The translations under genes were made by a program, and so were the position numbers. 64,000 nt of DNA from an uncultured candidate division Zixibacteria bacterium (GTDB taxonomy: Bacteria > Zixibacteria > MSB-5A5 > GN15 > FEB-12). The stretch spans positions 960,001 to 1,024,000 of the forward strand of contig CAWDXE010000001.1 in NCBI GenBank assembly GCA_963806185.1. The letters run 5' to 3'. Shown in pieces: positions 56,776 through 64,000 of the stretch (the stretch's first letter is position 1; every line of letters begins with the position of its first letter). The notes under the pieces are model-generated. The model was given only the letters and a program-made list of their open reading frames with translations. It made no database searches and had not been told where the DNA came from.

Positions 56776-57204
56776 ATGACGACGATGTTCTGGATATGGA
56801 TGGCGGCGGCGCTCATCTTTCTGATTATCGAGTTGACCACACCGACCCTGATCTTTCTGTCCTTCGTGGTCGCAGCAGCAGCAGCCGGTATTTATTCATA
56901 CTTTGAGCCGACGGAATACTATTGGCAACTGGGTATCTTCGCCGCACTGTCGCTAATACTGATTCCCACTACCCGCCGGTTTGCCAAGCGGATTACGAAG
57001 GAAGCCCCCGAGCATGCCAATGTCGATCGCATGTTGGGCGGCATTGCCATCGTCACCAAGGATATCGACCCCGATGTGGGCGGCCAGGTGAAGTACGAGG
57101 GCGAATTGTGGGTGGCCAAAGCCGACGAGCCGATCGCGGCCAACAACAAAGTCAAAATCATCTCGGTGGCCGGCACACGCGTGCACGTCCAGAAAGTGAG
57201 CTAA
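56776..57204 (+). CDS. NfeD family membrane protein
   Basis: Hydrophobic N-terminus and GQVKYEGELWVA OB-fold; adjacent to the SPFH gene. Confidence 0.9.
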   Translation: MTTMFWIWMAAALIFLIIELTTPTLIFLSFVVAAAAAGIYSYFEPTEYYWQLGIFAALSLILIPTTRRFAKRITKEAPEHANVDRMLGGIAIVTKDIDPDVGGQVKYEGELWVAKADEPIAANNKVKIISVAGTRVHVQKVS

Positions 57205-57207
57205 GTC

Positions 57208-58188
57208 GTGGAATCGTCACTGCATCCGGTTGTCATTTTTCTCCTCGTCCTGGTTGTCTTTGCATTCATTTATGTGCTTGCGGCGATACGTACCATCCGC
57301 CCCTTTGAAAAAGGACTGATTGAACGTCTCGGTCGCTTTCAGCGCGTCATCAATCCCGGCCTGAATTTGATTGTGCCGTTTTTCGACACCCTGATCAAAG
57401 TCGATATGCGCGAGGTAGTCATCGAAGTCCCGGCCCAGCTGGTGATCACCAAAGACAACGTCAATGTCGAGGTTGACGCTGTCATCTACTGTCAGGTGAC
57501 TGACCCCTTCCGCTCCCGCTACGAAATCACCAATTACATCATGGCGGCCACCAAACTGGCGCAAACCAACCTCCGTAACGTGATCGGCGAGCTCGACCTG
57601 GACCAGTGCCTGTCGTCACGCGAGCGGATCAACTCCCAATTGCGCGATGTCATGGATCAGGCGACCGACAAGTGGGGCGTAAAGGTCAATCGTATTGAAC
57701 TCCAGCGCATCGATCCGCCGGCCGACATCACGCAGGCGATGAGCCGCCAAATGAAGGCCGAACGTGACAAGCGCGCCACCATTCTCGACGCGGAAGCGAT
57801 CCGGCAGTCGGAAATCACGAAGGCGGAAGGCTCCAAGCTGTCACAGATTCTCGAAGCCGAAGGGTACTCACAATCGATACGGCTGAAAGCGGATGCGGAG
57901 AAGTATCGTCAAATCGCCGTGGCCGAGGGTGAAGCTCAGGCCACTATCAACGTCTTCAAGGCGATTCACGAGGGCCAGCCCGACGAACGACTGATCACAC
58001 TCAAATATCTGGAGATGCTGCCCAAACTGGCTGAGAACGAAGCCAACAAGATCTTCATGCCGTACGAAGCGACGGGAATCATTGCGAGCCTTGCGGCCAT
58101 GGTTGACGGTGTGCGTCTGAACAACGCCCCGAAGGCGAAAACTCCGGTGGCGGTCACCGCCACGCCCCCACCGATGAAGCAGGGGTAG
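57208..58188 (+). CDS. SPFH/Band 7 (stomatin/QmcA-like) protein
   Basis: ERLGRF, ITKDNV and QMKAERDKRA motifs. Confidence 0.94.
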   Translation: MESSLHPVVIFLLVLVVFAFIYVLAAIRTIRPFEKGLIERLGRFQRVINPGLNLIVPFFDTLIKVDMREVVIEVPAQLVITKDNVNVEVDAVIYCQVTDPFRSRYEITNYIMAATKLAQTNLRNVIGELDLDQCLSSRERINSQLRDVMDQATDKWGVKVNRIELQRIDPPADITQAMSRQMKAERDKRATILDAEAIRQSEITKAEGSKLSQILEAEGYSQSIRLKADAEKYRQIAVAEGEAQATINVFKAIHEGQPDERLITLKYLEMLPKLAENEANKIFMPYEATGIIASLAAMVDGVRLNNAPKAKTPVAVTATPPPMKQG

Positions 58189-58196
58189 GCAGCGTT

Positions 58197-58239
58197 GTAG
58201 GTCAGGCTTCTTTATCCAATTGCTCAAGAAGCCTGACAG
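58197..58239 (+). repeat. GTAG-family REP element, left copy
   Basis: GTAG-GTCAGGCTTCTT-loop-AAGAAGCCTGAC-AG. Confidence 0.85.
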
Positions 58240-58281
58240 GTAAGAACTTGCCTCCTTCATTTCGTTAGATGATAGTGTGCC

Positions 58282-58782
58282 ATGTCGATTCTTCGACGTT
58301 ACCCCAGTTTCGGAAAACCGGTTTTCGTGACGATGGTGACATGTAACCGAGCACCCGTTCTTGAACCAATGAGGTCGATGATTCTCGGCAAATTGCGTCG
58401 ACTGGACAGAGAAGGCGCTTGGCAACTCACCGCATGGGTCATATTGCCCGATCACCTTCACTTGCTAGTGCTCCCCAAGACGGCAGAGATATCACCCTTG
58501 ATTCATCGAGCAAAAATGGCGATTAGCTCAGGGTTACGCGCGCGGATAGGACACTCATTTGGGCGACTGTGGCAACATCGCTTCTTCGATCACATCATTC
58601 GAAATCAAGAAGATATGAATCGACACATAGATTACATTCACTACAACCCGGTAAGACATCACCTTGCGATCTCTCCGGGCGAGTATGAATATTCTTCCTT
58701 CAAGCTGTATCTCACTGACGAGAAGTATGAAGCTGATTGGGGCAGCGTGGAGGGGATGGATGGAAGGGACTTTGGCGAGTAG
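58282..58782 (+). mobile_element. rayT: REP-associated tyrosine transposase (RAYT, Y1 HUH)
   Basis: FVTMVT, WVILPDHLH (HUH), WQHRFFDHIIR and YIHYNPV motifs; flanked by inverted REPs. Confidence 0.92.
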
Positions 58783-58788
58783 ACTACC

Positions 58789-58831
58789 CTGTCAGGCTTC
58801 TTGACAAAATGGTTATAGAAGCCTGACCTAC
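58789..58831 (-). repeat. GTAG-family REP element, right copy (inverted)
   Basis: Reverse complement reads GTAG-GTCAGGCTTCT-loop-AGAAGCCTGAC-AG. Confidence 0.85.
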
Positions 58832-58881
58832 AGTTCCAAGCCAAAAACCTGACAACATAGCACCAAAGGATATAAACCACC

Positions 58882-59610
58882 ATGCCCATCAAAAACGTCT
58901 ACTCCGACAGCCGCCTCGCCGGCGACTATGCCAAACTCGAATTCCCCAATACCTACTACCTCGCCTTCCGTGACCTCCCGGCCATCATGGCCGAACACGC
59001 CACCGGCACGCGGGCGATTGATTTCGGTTGCGGCGCCGGGCGTAGCACCCGGTTCCTAAAACAATGCGGCTTCAGCCCTATCGGCATTGATATCTCCGAA
59101 GAAATGATCCGCCTGGCGAAACAAACGGATCCGTCCGGTGATTACCGCCACACTGCCGACGGTGACTTCTCGCAGTTTGCCTCAGGCACAATCGATCTCG
59201 TGCTCGCCGCCTTTACCTTCGACAACATCCCGACGCGCGAGAAGAAACTCTGGATCTTCCAGGAAATCGCCCGCTTGCTCAAAAAGAGCGGCCGCTTGAT
59301 TGTGCTGGTTTCCGCACCGGAATTGTACCTGCACGATTGGGCGTCCTTTACCTGCACCTGCTTTCCGGAGAATAGGACAGCCAAAACCGGCGAAATCGTG
59401 CGAACTATGATGAAAGATATCCCGGACAAGCGGCCGATCGACGATATCCTCTGGCCCGATGAAGCGTACCACGAAGTGACTTCGGCAGCCGGGCTCACGA
59501 TCATCAAGAAGTATCGCCCCTTAGGCAATGCCGACGAACCCTACGTCTGGGTCAACGAGACAACGATCGCACCCTGGGTGATCTACGTCCTGCGCAGTGC
59601 CGCCTGCTGA
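58882..59610 (+). CDS. Class I SAM-dependent methyltransferase
   Basis: AIDFGCGAGRS motif; AAGGA RBS. Confidence 0.88.
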   Translation: MPIKNVYSDSRLAGDYAKLEFPNTYYLAFRDLPAIMAEHATGTRAIDFGCGAGRSTRFLKQCGFSPIGIDISEEMIRLAKQTDPSGDYRHTADGDFSQFASGTIDLVLAAFTFDNIPTREKKLWIFQEIARLLKKSGRLIVLVSAPELYLHDWASFTCTCFPENRTAKTGEIVRTMMKDIPDKRPIDDILWPDEAYHEVTSAAGLTIIKKYRPLGNADEPYVWVNETTIAPWVIYVLRSAAC

Positions 59611-59639
59611 TTCCTGGCGTCACCTCTCGATTCAATATC

Positions 59640-59670
59640 AAAAGACCCCGGCGGGCAGCCGGGGTCTTTG
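59640..59670. terminator. Bidirectional terminator between convergent genes
   Basis: AAAGACCCCGGC / GCCGGGGTCTTT. Confidence 0.8.
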
Positions 59671-59693
59671 GGTTAGTGGGTTGGAGATTGCCC

Positions 59694-62636
59694 TCAATCG
59701 CACGGTGCGATCGGTGTGAAGGATATGAACATATAGTCCACCAGCGCCGTCAGGTCGCCGATATCCGGTGCCGACGGATTCCCCAGGCCGTCGCAATTCG
59801 CCTCTTCCGGACAACACAACGGTGTGAAGCTGATGAACAGGTTGTCTATGAGCACGGTTAGGTCACCAATATCCGGCTCCTCCAGTGTGCTGCAGTCAAT
59901 ATTCCCGGTCGATCCTTTGCAGCAGGTGGTTGCAGGATTGATACAGGTGCAATGCACCGGTGCCGGCCCTATGCCGATTCCGTAGTCGATAATGTACTGA
60001 ATATCGGCGTAGTTGATGATGCAGTCACCATTGGGATCACCGTTGGCCAGAGGCGATGGAGCGGGTCCACCGATTGTCAGATAGTTGATCAAATAGCTGA
60101 CGTCATTGATATCAATGGCGCCGTCGCTGTTCGCATCGCCCGGCATCTGCCCCAGACACGTATCGGCGGGGCAAATGACAAGCGCGAACTCCAAAACCGT
60201 GTGGATTGGTGCACCCACCGGTTGCACCGGCACCCAGCCCGGATTGTAGTAGTTCTGCCCCTGGAAATTCGCCACGTTTCCTGCATTAACAGGGTATCCC
60301 GAAAATTCCAGATGGAACGCCGGTGGCACCATGGGCAGGCAGGTCGACGGCACGACCGAATACCGATCGTGATGTATCGTCCCATGCGGTCCGGATACAT
60401 ACTGAGCGTCATTGTGCACGCTCGACGGATGGGCGGCCGCCTCATTGTCGTCGAAGTACGGATCAGAGATGCAAAACGCGGGTGTGCTCTCATCCGTACA
60501 GACTCCGGCTATCGTGACAAAATGGCCACCGATACGTTCACAGTAACCGGGCGCCATTTCCTGCCAGAAACCAAGCAGGAGAATCACATCCTGGCTCTTC
60601 ATTACCTGACTCTGCAACCACTCATAACCAAACGCCGGCTCGATCGGCACAACCTGTAACGTGTAGTAAGGGGCCAGTCCGGCGCCGTTGATCCAGGTCT
60701 GGGCAGCGGTGGCCAGATCGAATATGTTGGTTCCCGGCATCACGATATTGGTGTTTGCCAGTTTCGCCAAGGTATCGACGAATGGAATCACATTCGACGG
60801 GTCATGATCGTCCGCCTGAGTCATGCCTCGCACCAACGGATACTGATCACACACCGCGGGTGGCGGCGTGGTGCAGGTGTCGAATTTCGAATCAAACCAC
60901 CAGAGGCAATTGGCCAGGGCCACCGGCCCGCAGTGCGTCCACGGCGCGCCGGGTGGCATGCCGAACCACCAGCCATTCTGCTTTTGATCAAAGTCAGGCA
61001 TCCCCGCCGGGGTGTAATCCAGGTCGGCCGCCTTGTAATATTCACAAGTGTCGGGCCCCGCGCCGGGCACCGGAACTATGGCAGAGAACTCTGACGTATT
61101 CCTATTTACATCCGTAACGGTCGTCGTGAGAAAATCGCCGGGAGATGCCGCTGCAACTGTCAGCGTCCAGCTCCCATCCAGCAGCGGTGCCGCGCTGCCC
61201 AGATACGCCCGTCCCTCTCCATAACCGCTCGGGTCGGGACTGGCGAGGAATAACTCGACCGTTGCAGTGGTCGGGTCTCCGGGAATCGTTACCACGCCCG
61301 CCACCGTGGTATTGCCACCGGCGTAAGTGACTGATATAATCCCCGGAAAATTCAGCTCTTCGTTCGGCCCGGTGTCCAAGTCTCCCAGATCATTCAATGT
61401 TACACCATCGCTCTTCAAGTCGATGCCCAACGCGGCGTTGTCAAAGATGGCATTCATGGTGATCCGATTGCCGTCCGCATTGGTGTTGTCAACGGCATCC
61501 TCCCATACCGAAACACCGGCGGCGCCATTGGCGGAGATGCGGTTGCCCGGTCCTATCACGTTTCTCGGAGCGCATCCCCATTTGGCCTGGCCATATTCAC
61601 CGGCCGTCACGCCATTAAAGAGATTGGGCAGGGGGACGTTCGCAATGTCCAGGCCGATGATATTGGAATCGACGGTGTTGCTGTGAGTGAGAATAGGCGA
61701 TCCGAATCCTACGTTGTTGTACCCCTGGATGCCTATGCCGTCAAAATCATTGCCTGAGACCAGATTTCCGCGAACCAGATTGTGATGCGTGCCTTCGGCC
61801 AGACAAACCCCGTCGTGATCGTTCCCCAAATCTGCGGTCCCGTAGATATCGGTGCCAATGTAATTGTAGAGGATGAAGTTTTGCCAGACATCGCCCGGCA
61901 ATTGAGGTCCGATCACCGCCACACCTTCAGCATAATTTCCGGAAATGAGATTATGAGTGACCGTATTCCGGCAGGCGTAGCCCCCGGGTATGTTCTTAAT
62001 GCGCACGCCGCCCCACAGGGCTGTCATTTGACCGTTTCCCTGATCGAGCGTACCCTTGGGATCAGTGCCGATGAAACAACATTCAATCAGGTTATCGCAT
62101 GCCTCTCCGGTCGGCGTCCCCTCAATGCGAATGCCATCCTCCATGAACTGGTTGATCACCAGCCCACGAATGACATTGTTTGATGACTGTACATTTAGCC
62201 CAGGTGTCGGACCCGCTTGCGGTCCGGTGAGTACAATCATCAATATCGCTGTTGAAGGTGGATTGGTGCCGGCCGCAGAACCGGCCTGTGACAAACCGTC
62301 GATCACCACTCCGGATTGATCGGTGAGTGGCGGCAGGCCCGGCGGGAGAATCCAGAAGAAATATGGCCCCGGGAGGGGAAGATTGAAGATGATGGAATCT
62401 CGGCCCAGATTCGCATTGGCCGCCTGAATGGCCGCGCGAAGACTGCCGACTCCTCCATCCAGAACTGTGGTAACCACCAGGACAGCGGACGGTGAACGTG
62501 GCGCCTTCTGCCCCACTTGATTATCAGCCGATTCGCCTGGTGCTCGAATGGCGAGATCTCTGGTCTCAGCAATGGCTGCGGAGGCCAGGAGAAAAATAGC
62601 GACGCACACTACCATACACGCCCGGAAACGGAACAT
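59694..62636 (-). CDS. Secreted protein: parallel beta-helix, putative papain-fold Cys peptidase, two dockerin-like modules
   Basis: Signal peptide, GSLRAAI..AN, NxISGN repeats, DQ...HCGPVALANC and GGHFVT, GDANSDGAIDINDV; GGAGG RBS. Confidence 0.8.
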   Translation of the reverse strand: MFRFRACMVVCVAIFLLASAAIAETRDLAIRAPGESADNQVGQKAPRSPSAVLVVTTVLDGGVGSLRAAIQAANANLGRDSIIFNLPLPGPYFFWILPPGLPPLTDQSGVVIDGLSQAGSAAGTNPPSTAILMIVLTGPQAGPTPGLNVQSSNNVIRGLVINQFMEDGIRIEGTPTGEACDNLIECCFIGTDPKGTLDQGNGQMTALWGGVRIKNIPGGYACRNTVTHNLISGNYAEGVAVIGPQLPGDVWQNFILYNYIGTDIYGTADLGNDHDGVCLAEGTHHNLVRGNLVSGNDFDGIGIQGYNNVGFGSPILTHSNTVDSNIIGLDIANVPLPNLFNGVTAGEYGQAKWGCAPRNVIGPGNRISANGAAGVSVWEDAVDNTNADGNRITMNAIFDNAALGIDLKSDGVTLNDLGDLDTGPNEELNFPGIISVTYAGGNTTVAGVVTIPGDPTTATVELFLASPDPSGYGEGRAYLGSAAPLLDGSWTLTVAAASPGDFLTTTVTDVNRNTSEFSAIVPVPGAGPDTCEYYKAADLDYTPAGMPDFDQKQNGWWFGMPPGAPWTHCGPVALANCLWWFDSKFDTCTTPPPAVCDQYPLVRGMTQADDHDPSNVIPFVDTLAKLANTNIVMPGTNIFDLATAAQTWINGAGLAPYYTLQVVPIEPAFGYEWLQSQVMKSQDVILLLGFWQEMAPGYCERIGGHFVTIAGVCTDESTPAFCISDPYFDDNEAAAHPSSVHNDAQYVSGPHGTIHHDRYSVVPSTCLPMVPPAFHLEFSGYPVNAGNVANFQGQNYYNPGWVPVQPVGAPIHTVLEFALVICPADTCLGQMPGDANSDGAIDINDVSYLINYLTIGGPAPSPLANGDPNGDCIINYADIQYIIDYGIGIGPAPVHCTCINPATTCCKGSTGNIDCSTLEEPDIGDLTVLIDNLFISFTPLCCPEEANCDGLGNPSAPDIGDLTALVDYMFISFTPIAPCD

Positions 62637-63038
62637 ACATCCTCCTGCGCGCAAACGATTAATATGTAGTACCCAGTCTGCCGCGGCTGGATATTTGATT
62701 GTCGCGTAAAATGTGTCCAGGAGCCCGAGAGTCGGATTGGAACTCTGCGACTCCTGCATATGGAGTCTCTATAATTGAAATGTATCCCTGCCCTCAACAT
62801 GCGTCAAGACAATTCGGGCGTGGAACTATACGGGATAATCTTAAGGACTATTATTCACTTTGTTGACGATTACGGTCGCGTTGAGGGCGTTTCTTGTCAG
62901 CGGAGGGGCACCCCCTCTCGGCCAAGTCAATGGAGCAGGCAAGACAGGGGGCGTCAGCAGGTGTCAGTAAGGTCAACCTGGGCACTTGGGACTCGCGCCC
63001 AGGTTGGTTGTGTACTTACCGCTTGGTTGTGATGACCA

Positions 63039-64000
63039 TCACTGACAGGCGGGCAACACACTGAAATTGATAAACAGGCTGTCTATCAGCGCCGTCAGGT
63101 CGCCGATGTCAATGCCGCTCCAGCCATCGCAGTTTGCCTCAGCCTCGCAGCATAACGGCCCGAAGGTAATGAACAGGTTGTCGATCAGCGCCGTCAGATC
63201 GCCGATATCTACACCGTCGCCCGCCGAGCAGTCGATATTCCCTATCGTGGCGACACAACAGCCACCTCCATTGACATAACTGAAGGTGGGTGCCATTCGC
63301 ACGAATGCGCCGGAGCCGTTGGGCAAACGTCCCGTGCTGCTGTCGGTTACCTGAGCAGGAAATGTCACCGAGTCGATGATGGCCAAAACGGTATCCGACA
63401 GTATTACCGCCTCGCCCGACTTGGATAACGCAAACTTGGCGTGCAGTCCTGCCTGCAGCGTATCCTCGTCCGCCCAAATCATCAGATAGCCCCCCGCGGC
63501 GATCGACGTATCAGGGAATGTCCACTTGCCGGGATTGGTCACCTTGTCGGACAGGTGGCACCCCTTGAGCGATATCGGCGCCGCCGACGGATTGTAGAGT
63601 TCGATCCAGTCATCGTACTCGCCGTCCTGATCGGCTTGCGTAGTACCGTTGTCCGCCATGAACTCATTGATAACTACCTCGGAAACGGTTGGCGACGTAA
63701 CGATCACCACGGAATCTTCAAATTCAGCTCTGGCCGGCAGGAAAGAACCGGCCGACGCATTTTCCGCGTAGATATAGAAGTGAATGTCGGAAGTGCCGGC
63801 GGTGATGGATACGCCGTAGACACTATCTCCGGCTGCGCCATCGTTGTGATTGCCGTCATCCAGCATGTCGGCTTTCACAAAACCTTCGGCGGCACTCGCC
63901 TTGTAGCCAAGCTTCACGCTGGCGGCATACCGAACGTGCGCCGTAAAGGTCGCCGGATTACCGATCTCCACGGTTGTCGGCGTGTGAGACACCGCTACGA
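63039..64000 (-). CDS. C-terminal part of a secreted protein with a lamin-tail domain and dockerin-like C-terminus (5' end outside the window)
   Basis: VVINEFMADN...DWIELYN (LTD), DDGNHNDGAAGD and the Cys-bracketed dockerin-like tail. Confidence 0.85.
   Translation of the reverse strand, partial: VAVSHTPTTVEIGNPATFTAHVRYAASVKLGYKASAAEGFVKADMLDDGNHNDGAAGDSVYGVSITAGTSDIHFYIYAENASAGSFLPARAEFEDSVVIVTSPTVSEVVINEFMADNGTTQADQDGEYDDWIELYNPSAAPISLKGCHLSDKVTNPGKWTFPDTSIAAGGYLMIWADEDTLQAGLHAKFALSKSGEAVILSDTVLAIIDSVTFPAQVTDSSTGRLPNGSGAFVRMAPTFSYVNGGGCCVATIGNIDCSAGDGVDIGDLTALIDNLFITFGPLCCEAEANCDGWSGIDIGDLTALIDSLFINFSVLPACQ

Overview
Bacterial chromosomal window that spans the replication origin (mrp-oriC-dnaA-oriC-dnaN-recF). 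Three secreted proteins end in a Cys-bracketed dockerin-like module, which suggests candidate phylum Zixibacteria; this taxon call is inference only. Positions 1-14.6 kb, left of the 3' end of a tmRNA gene, look accessory: a large adhesin-like gene, a PAS/GAF hybrid kinase, a gltX plus divergent metG pair, a Fur/PerR-katG pair and an S74-chaperone fibre protein. The rest is mostly housekeeping (uvrA, rqcH, pepF, mutM, iscU/nifU, ilvC, nadC, birA), with a TonB receptor-HmuY haem-uptake pair, a RAYT transposase flanked by REPs, and secreted peptidases. The main signal missed by the ORF track is a small redox operon at 54.9-55.9 kb. It has two consecutive in-frame UGA codons, each followed by a GGUC-loop hairpin resembling a SECIS element, i.e. 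two candidate tandem selenoproteins ahead of a thioredoxin-fold lipoprotein. Other highlights: a candidate ~86-nt ncRNA divergent from that operon, nine genes with apparent leaderless sigma70 promoters, a Bacillus-type origin unwinding module, and several single-base frameshifts that are probably read errors.
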